Below, piece by piece: positions 23,909 to 36,216 of a DNA stretch of 64,000 bases. The notes below the pieces were generated by a model, which did not search any database, had not been told where the DNA came from, and saw nothing but the letters and a program-made list of their open reading frames with translations. The translations under genes were made by a program, and so were the position numbers. Within the stretch, counting starts at the first letter, position 1. Each line of letters starts with the position of its first letter. The DNA is from Massalongia carnosa (Eukaryota): assembly GCA_965645245.1 (NCBI GenBank), contig OZ287068.1, forward strand, positions 1,116,001 through 1,180,000, given 5' to 3'.

Positions 23909-24450
23909 ATGGTTCAATCGGATTTTATCACACGGCCTTTTTTGGTTTTCATTGTGCTTGTTGCGGTCTTGGTGCGAACTTTCCATTTCCTCGCTAAAGG
24001 CTATCTCGAGCATCGTGTAAGTATCAAACAAAGGCACACACCTGGACTGCTCCTGTTGATGGTTAACAAGCAGGTACTGCCTTTGGAGCCCGGCATGGCT
24101 GTCTACCTCCCCCTCAGCTTCCCAATCGGTGGCCGCTAGGCCTTGATTGGGTGAAAAGCCTCTTCCAATCAGACTCCGAGCAACGTTTGCTGGCATTTTT
24201 ATGTTCAGTTGCCGATGGGACACGAACCTCGTAATAACCTTTCCCAGTTTTTGTTGGTTGGACCCCGTGCGTTCCAAATTCTGGACCCGAAGAACATTGA
24301 AGCCGTCTTGTCTTGTCCACGAACCTCCAAGGTATGAAGTTCATCTTCTGCGCGGCTAATAGATCTTGGTCACAATTGACCCTCGATACATGTTTAGACT
24401 ATGGTTTTGGGGTTCGACATGATGTCTTCTCACCCCTTCTCGGCAGGGGG
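23909..24450 (+). pseudogene. Truncated 5' fragment of a CYP52-clan-like cytochrome P450
   Basis: Hydrophobic N-terminal anchor MVQSDFITRPFLVFIVLVAVLV; later GPRAFQILDPKNIEAVLS and DYGFGVRHDVFSPLLGRG, typical of the CYP52-like N-terminal region; stops and frameshifts; no heme-binding FxxGxRxC seen. Confidence 0.65.
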
Positions 24451-25592
24451 AACTTGATCGGACATCTAAGACATGAAATATGGATCGGAGGGGTCATTTT
24501 GATACCGTTGGCATTGCAGCGAAGGATGAGACGTACAAGCAGGAGAATAACTTTGACATTACTTCAAGTTTCTCGTACCTAAGGTTTTACGCAAGTGTTT
24601 GTTGAAATAGTGACAAGCGCCAATTTCTCCGTTCCGCCCCATTTACCCCAGCCTCTTACCCAAATGTTTCCTCCTCTACACTATTCGAGCAGTAGCAGAT
24701 GTGATGCAACGATTAGCCCTTGAACGCCTTCACCATTGTCTTGAATTGTTTAACTCCTTCGGGATCTAGGTACTCTTACTCGTACGGTGCACGTTCCATT
24801 TTCGGGTCGGCAGTGCAAAAGCCACAAACCTTCCCTTGTAGTACCGAGTCCTCCAACTTTCGTCCCAGCACATTACTCCTCTGCATCTCGGATATGCCAC
24901 CAAAGGTCAATACGAGTGACGGAAATACTGTCGGATAACCACACCTTCTCATTGACTCTAGCTTCCTTGTTATGGCTAGGGAAGCGCATGAGGCCAGCTG
25001 TGAGATGATCAGGTTCTCGACTCTCCTGCAGCGGAAAGCGCCCCCACTCCACCCATACGACTTTCACGTGTTCACAGCACCATGTGATCTCCACCCATCG
25101 CTCTAGCGCAGGGTCAAAAGGTACAAAGCAGCAACTATCATCCCATCTCCGCCGGGTTTCGTTCGGCAAGATCCGCACCCAGTCACGAATGGAGTCAACG
25201 ACTATGACTTAGGCCTATCATTATAGGTAATCTCTTTTAAAAGAACATGGCGTTTTTGAAATCAGTGCCAGCAGTTATTCTGAGATATGATATGCGGATA
25301 TAGACGAGACTTTCGTTGGGGCTGTTTGGACCATGCGTTGTTAGCGAGACGTCAAGAGCGTTCACAGTGCTTTTCAAATTTTCCGTTGTCTGCCTAAAAG
25401 CCACGCCCGCCTAAAATCTCGTTGATGGGAAGATACAATATCAGCTGTCGTCGTTGAGATGGGAAGGTTGAGACATGGGTTACAAAAGGGGGCACGAAAT
25501 AAGTATAAACATGCTGTCCAACTCCTTTGTTCATCCATTTCCTTCTCATCAACAGCGCTGTCATATCCGCTTCCTGTATCCGCATCAACAGC

Positions 25593-27422
25593 ATGAAGAT
25601 CTCCCTGTTTGTGTTCGCAGCGTCGACTTCCTTCGCCGTCATTGAAGCCCATGAGTCTACGCACCAGGACCATGAAAACCATGAAGAAAAGCACCCCGGT
25701 GGGGTGCGGTTCAGCTGTCCTCCGATCCCTAGCCATCACAAGACCCTTCCGTTCTTTTCTCTGGGGAAAAAGGTTCAGTTCCCCTTCCATGAGCTAGACG
25801 ATATCCTCCATTCAACCGCGCCCAAGAGCAAGGACTATGAGGTAACCTCGGGGCTGTTCTATTATGATGGCGTCACGGCGGCTGCCTTCTACGACAACGA
25901 TACCGGTGAAACATCAATGTATCCGCAATTGGAAGGACTAAAAGCTGGCGCTACTCTGTCGATGCAAACCTTGTCTCCGAAGCTTGACCGCTATCTGCAC
26001 GATAACTCGATCTTTCCGAAAGATGATACCCATATCTCGCTTGTCAAGGGGCACACCTTGTCCGGGGCCCAGAAGCACCTGTCCGGATCCACCTCCCCGC
26101 CTGCGGCCTATCTTTCCGATGTGCGCGTCGAGCGGAACATCACTCACGACGGCGAGCAGTACTCGATCTGCGGCCCGGGAACAAAAGCGACCTTCAGCTT
26201 CGCCTCGGACGGCAAAATCCACTCGTTCTCGCATCGCTGGCGCGCGGCAAAGTTTCGAAGCTCCCGGAAACGCCATGACATTCAACTAAAGACGGACGCC
26301 ATAGTGCGTCAGGATGTAGCGGCTCAGCTTACTTCGGTTGGCATTGACGATGCAACAGTCGACAGTCTTGAGCTATGCTTCTACGACTCCGGAAAGGATT
26401 TCATCCAACCCGTCTACCGATACCGTGCCATCGTGCTAGATCGCTCCGATCACGCTCGCATAGCTCCTGTGCTCGGCTACGTGGCTGCTACAGGCCAGGT
26501 GTTAGAGGAACTGCCGAATCTCAAGAAATCATCCCTTCAGCCAACTCCCTCGTTTTCCATTGATGATACAACCCGCTCTTTCCCCAAGGGTGGTACCGAT
26601 GAACCTGTCGTCACCAAGCGCCAAGAAGCAGCGGCCCAAACCCTCAAAGTGGGCAGGTACGTCATGCACAACGACACGGGAACCAACTATTCCCTCCCCT
26701 TCTTCGTACCGGACGCCAACGACTTCCTGGCCGGACTGCGGCTGTCGGCCGTGCTGCAATCGATTTGGTGCCGGCTTCCGTGGCCATTCTTTGGCACAAA
26801 GTGCAGCATCCCCACCTACGTTGACTGGCAATACTACTGGGATGAAGCATTCCACTACACTACGGACAAGAACCGCTTCGTCAACAGCGTCGACGTCGCC
26901 TTCACCGTCGGCCACGGCAACAACCACAAAATCACCACCAACGGCCTCCAGCCCGACTGGGGCCAAGTCCTCCTGCGTGACATCCCCGAGTCCGGACTCG
27001 GCCCCGGCGCCAATGGCTCCCTGGCCTACTGGGTCATTCACGACTGCTCAGTCATTCCCACGCCCGACCAGGTGCCCTTTGCCGACGCCTTCGACGACTG
27101 GTGGCACGTCTTCAACGGCCTGCACGCCGTCATGGGGTACCGCACCGCCGCCTGGGTCGATGACAACACCCCCGGCGCCGTAGCCGCGGCGATTGGCCGC
27201 GGCGCTAGCGTTGTGCCCGCCTGGCTCAAAGTCGTCAACGAAGTCCCCGGGTATAACCCCCCCTGGAAGATCGAGACGGACCCCGTCACGCATGCGTTTG
27301 AGTGGGCCGGTCGGCCGGCAGCCATCAACGTGTGCGGCCACGCGGACGACACCCTGTTTCAGCGGGAGAATCTAGGGCGACCAGGGTGCTTGCAGCTTTG
27401 GTGGTATGATTATGCTGGGTGA
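25593..27422 (+). CDS. Intronless secreted protein (~609 aa) with C-terminal DUF6345-like domain
   Basis: Signal-like MKISLFVFAASTSFAVIEA; dibasic KR at 26616-26621; C-terminal VNSVDVAFTVGHG, YWVIHDCSVIP, WWHVFNGLHAVMGYRT; family recognised from memory, not searched. Confidence 0.75.
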   Translation: MKISLFVFAASTSFAVIEAHESTHQDHENHEEKHPGGVRFSCPPIPSHHKTLPFFSLGKKVQFPFHELDDILHSTAPKSKDYEVTSGLFYYDGVTAAAFYDNDTGETSMYPQLEGLKAGATLSMQTLSPKLDRYLHDNSIFPKDDTHISLVKGHTLSGAQKHLSGSTSPPAAYLSDVRVERNITHDGEQYSICGPGTKATFSFASDGKIHSFSHRWRAAKFRSSRKRHDIQLKTDAIVRQDVAAQLTSVGIDDATVDSLELCFYDSGKDFIQPVYRYRAIVLDRSDHARIAPVLGYVAATGQVLEELPNLKKSSLQPTPSFSIDDTTRSFPKGGTDEPVVTKRQEAAAQTLKVGRYVMHNDTGTNYSLPFFVPDANDFLAGLRLSAVLQSIWCRLPWPFFGTKCSIPTYVDWQYYWDEAFHYTTDKNRFVNSVDVAFTVGHGNNHKITTNGLQPDWGQVLLRDIPESGLGPGANGSLAYWVIHDCSVIPTPDQVPFADAFDDWWHVFNGLHAVMGYRTAAWVDDNTPGAVAAAIGRGASVVPAWLKVVNEVPGYNPPWKIETDPVTHAFEWAGRPAAINVCGHADDTLFQRENLGRPGCLQLWWYDYAG

Positions 27423-28532
27423 GCGGGGATGATTGTTTGTGTGGCCTTTTTGGAGGAGTTCCATTGACGCTATGGCCGTGCTGGGGACCTTGCGATCTCG
27501 TGTGTTCTGCTACAATCCCACCTGTTTGCTTGATTTCCTTTCCTATTGTGGACAGCCGTCAGTGCGTGACGATGACGCATTATCGAATCAGGAGAATGAG
27601 CCTACATTCCGCCTCCGGTTGAGTTTTCTCGGGCAGCAGCAGCACTTTTTTGTTAATCCTCTGTCCAGATTTCCTTCTTAATATTCGTTTCAACCCCCCC
27701 CCCCCCCTTTAGCTTGGTTTGATTTAGGGTAGGTTAACTCTTTAGCAGCCAGCTAGCGAGCTAGGTAAATAGATATATGTTTACCTAACTCGGTAACGCG
27801 AAAGATGGATTGATTCATCCTGGTCATCGCACCTACTTGCCGTTCATCTATATATTCCTTCATATCCAGAAAACTCATTCCTATACCCCCCCCACCACTC
27901 CAAAAACACAATACTTACCACACACACATACCCCCAACCCCCCTCTAGGTCTACCTGAGGGGTTGGATCACCTCTCACTTTAATATATCTACCTATCCAT
28001 CCATCCATCCATTCATTCACTAGCCAAGAATATCCCAAATCCCGAATCCCTCATTCCTCTCGTGTGTGTTAGCAAGGCGTCTATGAGCGAGTAAATGAGT
28101 AAGTAGGCGGTATGTTTAGGTTTAGGTTTAAGAGGGGGGAGGAGTGGATTAGATGAGGTAACTAGGTAGCTGGGTTAGCTGAACAGAAACGAAAGGCAGA
28201 CAAATAGTGGCGTTTTTCCGCGTGAGGAAATTGAAAAGAAAAACGGGAGAAAGCTCACACGCGACGAGACGAGAAAAGAAAAGAATCGGCGAGCAGGGGA
28301 GATTAGATCAACCAAGAAAGAAGGAAAGAAAGGGGTCTGCGCCTGTGTGAAGCTTTTTTTTAAAAAAAGAAAAAAAAGAAGAGGGTTTTCCCGGACGGGA
28401 CGGAACGACACACATGATTCCTAGAAGAGACAATTGCCTTCGCCAGCGAAGTTTGCTGTCTATCTACCTAGTTATGAAAATCCTTTCTTCCCCCCCCCCC
28501 CCCCCCAACTTCCCCTTCCACTCCCCTCCACT

Positions 28533-29927
28533 TCACCCAAGAAAGCGCACACCCCAGATGTTGCGGCGCCCCTTGCCGCGGTTCTCCAAAGGAGCGGTGG
28601 CAGGGGGAAAGCTCTCCTCGCTACCGAACTTGGCGTGGGTCCCGATGCTATGGGGCGCTTGGCTACGCGGGCTAGACGTCGAGCGCCTCCATGTCAAGAG
28701 CACGGGGTTGTTCCGGGCGCCGGGCTGGCTCTGGCTGGGGGAGAGGAGGAGGGTTTTGAAGAGGGGCTGGAGGGCGGGGATGGAGGCGGCGATGATGCCG
28801 ATGTTGAGTTCTAGACTGGATGTTTGGGGAGGAAGGGGGTTAGGTTTGCTTTCGTTCTTTCCTTGGAGGTAGGTATAGAGGAGAGGGGCTTAACTTACGG
28901 GCCCCAGAGGTTGAGGTCGACAGCGTTGTCTGGGCACTGGTTAGGGGGTGCGAAACAGGACATGGGGGTTTGGGGGGTTGGCTTGCAGGTGAAGTCGCCG
29001 TGCTCGAGCTTTCCGAGGTAGCTCAATTTGATGATGCAACATATTGTAGCTCTAAGAGTACCAGCATGTCAGTCTTGACTTTGGGGGTTATCAAAGGGAA
29101 TTGGCGCGACCGAACATCACATACAGCATGCCCACACTCATGATTGCCCATAGAGCGTACTTGATACGCTTCTTCATCTGGATTTTCCATAGTATGAGGA
29201 CCGGAAACAACGCACAGACGAAATCCGTGAGGATGGACCATGCTGCAAATCATATCTTAGCCACAAGGGGAGCGTCCCCTCACGAACTTGAAAAATGGTC
29301 GGCGTGACTCCTACCAACATGAGCATAGCCGATTCCCAATCTCCGGGGATTCGACCAACATTTCCCCTTCACCCTAGGGTCCCAGCTAGCAGCGGGCGGC
29401 GTGCACTGAAGCAGGATCCCAACGACTGTGACGATGGAGAGAACAGCCAAGACGGCTATCATGATGTAAAGGAACCAGTGTAGCCATTTGCTGGTCCCTC
29501 GCGCCATGATGCGGAGGAGGAACAAGCATGCCGAACACTTGACCATGGCGGTGGCCAAGATATAGAACACCTGTGCAATGAAATTATACAGCCCAGCTTT
29601 GGCGATTTGCTCTATCGATAAATAGTACATGTGCCGGCCAAATCCGTTGAGGACCATTTCAATGCTGAAAAGCATGCCGACGAGACTCATCGCCTGCGAA
29701 AGAGTAAGTACATACCTACGGACTGATGCGCATGAGCTAGGCATTACCTGCGTTGCTACTATTGTATGGTCATCCCACCCGACATTGCGAACGACCTTGG
29801 CCCTCGTATAAATGCGCAAAGCTACAGTAGCCGTCGAGAAGAAAGTAGCAGGAATAATAATCGCGAGTAATTCCAATTTTCTATTCTGATCACCTCTCTG
29901 ATCACCTCCAGCAGGAGGACTTAACAT
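28533..29927 (-). CDS. PTH11-like/fungal rhodopsin-domain 7TM integral membrane protein
   Basis: VALRIYTR..VRNVGWDD, GFGRH, VKCSACLFLLRI, LQCTP...WDP...KCW, TDFVCALFP, ELNIGIIAASIPALQPLF; five introns including one GC-AG; 3' end assumes no further intron. Confidence 0.88.
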
Positions 29928-30814
29928 TTGGAGATCAGATAATGAACTCGCGGGTCTGCAATATTTGGAAAGAATACATCACTCCAGTTTGCCATCCATT
30001 GCCAAAATGAAAAGAAGATCTCCTGAGATTTGGCAACGATCGGAAACGATCAGGCCCCGCGATGATTATGAGGCCATTTTGAGCGACGAGATTCATGCGA
30101 GAGCAAGGATACTAGGTTATGTGGCTATGTGCCTGCAGCCTACACAAATCGAAGAGTTTTATACCACACCAGACCTTTCTGTCCCATCATTTAGTTGATC
30201 ATTGACCTCTCAAAGTCTTCATCATGTCGTCTTTGTTTCGTTGCCTTCATCATCTTGTTGAATTTCCTTGTTATATTTGGCATGTCTGCGATGTAGTAGT
30301 ATGTTTCCGGAAACCGATACATTTCACTTCTACGATAGGAAAACGAGTTTTTTAGAAAGACATGATAATAAATTAGAAATGTATCGCAATAAATGCGGCA
30401 CATGACTATTCGAGCTGTGAAAAGACGAAGCAAGTTGATACGAACATTTCTGATACCGAAAGACAAGATGAAAGAAATTAGACACAAGGAACGCCGGTAT
30501 AACATGTTTTTGCAGCGCACGCCAAAAATATTGCGTAAAGTCCATTGCTCTTTTCCTTGCTCGTTGCTAAGTGACGCAAAAAGCAAATGGCAGATACCAG
30601 ACATATGGCCCCCAATAGAGACTTTACCAAGAAAGTATAGAGTATGTACCTGCATCGACTTATGCGGTACTTTGTAGTGATGGTAAACCATCGGAAGTGA
30701 CCAATCATGAGATCTTACGACACGGCACGCTGACTTGGAGGTGTGGGAAGAAATTAGCCATGCGTGAAGTCTCAAAGCAGATTATGAGTATCTTGCACTC
30801 GGTAAATCTCCGAG

Positions 30815-31790
30815 TCAACGCATGATCTTTATGACATCCACCCTTGGGAGTTTCGGTCTACAAAATGTGTAGCTTTGGCTCACTACGGACACCACATGGC
30901 AAATAATAAATGCCGCGATGGTTACCGCCAGCTCATTTGGCTTTGAAGAGAGTTCACCGGAGACGTATCTGCATTCCATCCCAACGTTGTTCTGGAAATG
31001 CCAGGTCAGTGAGCCTCAGGGCAAACGGCAGGATATGTCAAATCTGAGATAGAAGTCGGACGACTGTGTTGACTTACAAACTCAGAAGGACAGTCATATC
31101 TCGCATTTTCGCATGGATTAGTATTTCGTGCAACTATGCGCGTCAGCTGATTTGACCATGGTCATGAAGATGTGCATTATCCTAACAGGACGAATGCTCG
31201 CAAATATGATTTAAACACCCCAAAACATTGAACATACGAAAATAAAACTCACGAATGGTGCATATTAAATCCGCTGTCTCCGACTCCTTCTCGAGACAGC
31301 ATACACTTCTCCTTGATTTCGGTTTTTGGGGGACTGGATTTGCTGCCAAAACATCGGAGCTAATTGGAACACTGGAGAAATCTTGCCCGGTTGGGACGTC
31401 TTGATTGGAAGAGGGGCTTTCGTTGGTTGAGGAAGCATAATTAAGGCTGGAATGTTGACCGAATGGATCAGGTGAGAGATCCTGAACGGAAGAGGCAACC
31501 TGGTAAGGCGAGGGATCTTGAGTAGTCGAGAAGGCGTCGATTGCTAATGTGAACGCGTTCAATGAATCCTCTGGAGTCATCGGGAAAACATTCATGTTTA
31601 ACTGAAGTGTTTCGAGCGCCTTGTCGGAAAAGCTGTCCATGGCGATTTTGTCTTTGGGAACGTCATCGGGGCCTGAAACTTGGTGGAGCGTGTCTTGTGG
31701 CGCCAAAGAAAAAGGGTCTTCAAAGCTTTGGGGTAGAGGTTTGGCGATTGATATGGAAAGGGTTGATAGGAATAAAACACGATAACGCAT
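30815..31790 (-). CDS. Secreted protein with low-complexity S/P/D-rich region and Cys-containing C-terminal module
   Basis: Signal MRYRVLFLSTLSISIAKP; RSVCCLEKESETADLICTI then intron; exon 2 LARNTNPCENARYDCPSEF; exon 3 NNVGMECRYVSG; exon structure supported by the adjacent paralog; stop position uncertain. Confidence 0.65.
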
Positions 31791-32410
31791 GTTCTAGCAG
31801 GTGCAGATAAAATTATGGCTGGTTGTAGCAATATGAGTCTGAAGCGTTCCTTTAAGAAGACACCGTTAACAATGCTGCAGAAGCATTGACAACGACCCAA
31901 AATCACCGAAACTTCTTCGGAGTTCATTTGCTCCGAGCTCTCCATAGTTTACCCACAGCAGGTGAACGGGAACCACTGATATCCGAGTAGTGTGTACAAT
32001 ATCACGGTTCTGTTCGATGATTTCTGCACGTGGGTGTTCGTATCGAGAATAAGGTATGCTGTACGAAGGAGGGCATTCTCGATGCGAAAGCAGAACGTTG
32101 ATGCCAACCCAAACAGGCGAATCTATCTGCCTCAACTAGATACGATAAGTCTACCGGATTAAGGGGCGCACAAAATCCTCGGTGACTTGGTGCCCCAAAG
32201 GGCATTCTGAACCGGATTCAGTTGGGCAATATAGTCTTACATAAAATTTGTACTACGTATCTGTTTGGTACTTCAGCAGGGGACCAAGCGTCAAAAAACT
32301 CGGGTTTGGAACATGGTCTTGTACGCAGACAAGTTTCAAGCACAGCAGGGTCTTCCTCGCCAGTTCGCACGGTAAGTGGATCAGCACCTCACTACGGAAT
32401 AGACCCTGGG

Positions 32411-33284
32411 CTATGCTCGGTGGATTATCGGTGCTCGAAAGGCTCTACATCCCACAAAGCCTGGGATTTTGAATTTCGGGTTGCAATATTCCGTTAAGCC
32501 TATGATCTTAGAAACAGTCATACAGCTGAGTATCAACCCGGCTTCCACCTCCTCAGGAAATGCTATGGGAGTGATTTGACCAGAGACGTGGAAGCAGTCG
32601 AGGAAAAAATCGTGCTTGAGTTGTTTTGTCAGCGTGTTGTCCAAGAAAGCCGGGATACGAGGCCGATGGAAGATGCAGAAACACCCTCCAAGACTTATGA
32701 AATTGGGCGGGCAGTTTCGTGCCTCCCCATCGCAACTTACTTTTAAGTCCTGCAACTGTATGGGGCGGCCGATTAAGCTGTTATCTTCAACATCCCGAAC
32801 GCTTCGACTGGGAGGACGCTTTGGGTGCGTAGTAACTGTTGGGTCAGCCCAAAAAAACTCACGATATTTGCAAACCACGTCTTCTGATACCGTCTTATCC
32901 ATAGCACAGCAATAATACTTTCTCACTTCGGGTTTGGGACCGGCCGGGCTTTCTGCTAGAAGTCTAGAGCCCTCTTGATTGCTTGAGAGGTCTTGCCCAG
33001 TCGCGAGAGCTTAGGTGGACCATAGATATTAACCAGATGAAACGGCTTGGCTGGACGGAAGACCTTGATCTGGCGGCGACCCCTGAGGAGTTGATACGGC
33101 CGTGTCCGATGAACTTCCTTGGATTAGGTCGATCATATTAAACGAATTACCTGGAGATTCGCTCTAGGGGCCTATGTTGGTTGAAGCCAGAAATAACGAC
33201 TCTTGGGAATCGTCTGGGTATTGTGAAAGAGGTTTTGGCAATTAAAATAGACAGGGAAGACAGGAGCAGAAGAAAGCGATGCAT
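32411..33284 (-). pseudogene. Pseudogenised tandem paralog of the 30815-31790 secreted protein
   Basis: MHRFLLLLSSLSILIAK(P) with +1 frameshift at 33233-36; stops at 33164, 33029 and 33011; KYYCCAMDKTVSEDVVCKY with the same GTGAGT donor; second donor reads ATAAGT (32698); exon 3 DCFHVSGQ. Confidence 0.75.
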
Positions 33285-34062
33285 GCTAAGAACTTTGAGA
33301 TGAAAGGGTGATGTAGTTTTGCGAGTGCGACGCCCATGAGAAACAGAGCGTCAAGGAAGAAGGAATGAAAGTGGTGAGGATGGGAATATGGTGAGATCCA
33401 TATAGATCCGGGTATCGGGCCAGAATTTATGTAACTATGGTGTTAACTGAACTCCAATAACTAGCTGGATAGCGGATATTGCTACGCAAAGCAGTCTCTC
33501 ACGAAACGATTGGACGTTTTAGGAAAATACTGGTGAAGGAAGGCTTTACCATTCTCTACGCTATAACATAAACTTGAACATCTGCTGCGCGAACATCTAA
33601 GAAATGACTTAAAGCGTAATTTCTCTTAGTAAGGTACATCGGACTTCGAAAAATCGCGAAAAATGTGATACTCTTTTCCCTGTCCCATGCTGTGAGGTTT
33701 TTGAACTCATCTGAAATTCTTGGGGGAGGGGAAACGATGGGAATAGTCAGCGAGGTAGACAAGTGGGAAGAGGAGATAGGAAAAGAGGTTTGGAAGGAAG
33801 ATATAATATCTGTAGTGATTGCAAAAGCATGGAAACTGACAACTAGGTTAAATGAAGAAATTATAGGTCCGAGCAAGGGACTATATGGTTCTGGACGACG
33901 TTACTTTTGTAAACGAGCGCGCCAGGAGAAAATTTTGATGATTTGCTTGTTTAATTGGGAAACCTATGCGTACCTGAGTCTTTGGACGCAGAGCAATTAT
34001 TATGTTTGCTGAACGTCGAGGAGAGTGACCTGCCAGCACGTCTTCAATGCTTTGATCGTTTC

Positions 34063-35690
34063 CTATATGTCACTGCCTGAGCTCTCCGCAAGATCATAGA
34101 GGGCCTCTGCGTCCTCCAGGTCAAGAAGCTGGTGCAGCAGTACCCTCTTCCACCCCTCGGGTTTCTCCTCCCCATCATCCCTCCCCATACCCTCGTACTC
34201 TACCACCTTCCCTTCTTCGTTAATCCATGCCACCCAATGCATGCCGAGGCGCCAGAACTCAACCTCCTTGAGCCCATATACCTCCTCCCCAAGCATGGTA
34301 GCGATCTGCGCCCAGTCCATATCCTGATCCGGACTCATGTCGAGGGATACGCGGCGTAGGAAAATGTTCTCGAGCGTGGAACGGTGCTTGTAGAGGAAGT
34401 TATGAAGGTTGATGGATCGCACGGGAACGTTTTTGAGGGAGAAAGTTTCCAGTCGAGGGAACGCCCCGCCGTCAACGATGTCTTTTGCGGAGGCCAAGGA
34501 CGCGGCAGCAAGGAGGTCGTCGACATAAAACGGGTAGTTGCGTTGCAAGGTGAGGCTGTTGATGTCGTCCCAGCTGCCGCAAAGGCTGAGGCACAGGTAT
34601 TTTAGGTGCGTGAGCGACTTGAGCTGACGCCGCCACTGCACCACGGCAATTCGGAGGAGTTCCTGACCTTCGCCCGAGTTGCGGTAATCGTGTGGGATCC
34701 GAAACTCGATGTCAAGGCGCTGGATGTGGGTGGGAAGGTGGGTCCAGGTAGGAAGGTCTTCCATGAGCGGCACTTGGCAAAATTTGTAGCTTTTCACTTT
34801 TGTAGGCGCGCATAGGGGGATTAGAGCGAACGCATTAGTGAGTGCGGCAGATTCAGAGAACATGGAATTGTGGCTGTAATCTTCCACGAAGATCTGCATT
34901 TCTTCGGCTATTCTCTGACTAGCCATGCCGAGATATTCATAGTAGTAGGTGGAGACTGCCGTTTCGATATGAGCTAGATTCCGCAGGAGCTGAAATGTTT
35001 CCTGAAAGACTTTTTTCAAATTCTAGAGGCTGCTTGTTAATCTCTTTAATACGAGACAAGGAGATGGACGTGGTGAAAGGTTCAAACGACTGAACATACT
35101 CTATCAACTACCATAATATCGTCCTCGGCGTTCTCTTTCCATTTTTGTAGCGGTGCTACCATCAACTCGTGGAAATGAGCCACGTCTACAACGGAAAATT
35201 CCTTGCCCTGGGACGTCCCGAGGTCTTGTAAGAACCTTTGGGTTGCTATGAGGTCGTCGATCTCCCAGGCGGAAATAGAAGGAGGTACACGGATTTGTAA
35301 CCGGTGAACATATCTGGAAAGGCTGGGATTCTGCCTCACAAACTCGATGATCCTAGAGATGGTATGATGAGTCAAGAATTCTTGAACTGTTCTGGTAGAA
35401 GATACCTGTGAATGTCCGTTTGCTGTAAAAACTTTAGATCCCAGACAAGGTTTCGAAACAAGATAGGGGTAACGACTATCCGTAGCTAGTCGTGAACTGC
35501 ATCAGCCCTAAATTTTACGTGTGAAAGGATTCTGTAAAACATGCCTCTGTGAGCATACCTTACGAGAGATAAGCCGTGCTTTCTGCAACTCCTTCACTGC
35601 AACTGAATCGAAAAGATCGATACTTGAAGGACACAAGTGTTTCACTATACAGATCAGAACCCCAAAAGGTAGAGTTTCGAAGTAATCCAT
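34063..35690 (-). CDS. F-box-like protein with LRR-like C-terminal region (multi-exon)
   Basis: N-terminal FETLPFGVLICIVKHL...LQKARLISRK; LSRYVHRLQI; LKSLTHLKYLCL, FPRLETFSLKNV, FLYKHRSTLENIFL; ORF pieces separated by GT-AG introns. Confidence 0.65.
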
Positions 35691-36216
35691 TATGCTAGCC
35701 TGGCCTTGAGCTGGATAATTTTTAGAAATTCAGATAGGGGAAACCGTTTGTTGTAGACGAAGAAAGGTCAATTTGAGTTGCCTTATCACCTATGGCGCGT
35801 TATTCATCATGATGCGGGAAAAAATTGACAAATTTCCGCTTACTAGCTTGTAAAATTCTATTATGAGAGAGAGCCCCATGGCATGCCGCGCATATTATGG
35901 ATTTTAGGATGATATACCTGCGACAACCCCTTTAAAGAGTCTCTTTCGATGAGCTGTTTCTCCTAATCATTCAATGTAGGCATCAAAATAATCATTTGCT
36001 CATTCATTATCTATCTTCATATCAGAAACCAAGGATTGAGAAGAACATCAGAAAATCAATAATTCTATTGCTGGAAACCTTTGTAATATCTGAGAGGAAT
36101 CTTTACAGCACCGAGAGAAAGAGTTCATATGATTAAAAGCAACTCTTGTTAAGGAAATCCAGTAGAAGATAAAGTATAGCCGCCCACTAAATATCGGATT
36201 TATTCATCAGTGATAT

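Noticed and set aside
26375..27375. Many alternative-frame and antisense ORFs over the DUF6345-like gene (similarly over TRM4, MSS116 and the lectin)
   Set aside because: Shadow ORFs caused by high GC3 in real genes.
28113..28131. (GTTTAG)3 telomere-like repeat
   Set aside because: Too short, not canonical TTAGGG, and within a low-complexity spacer.
30191..30775. 194-aa minus-strand ORF
   Set aside because: No true ATG start, atypical composition and no motifs; probably spurious.
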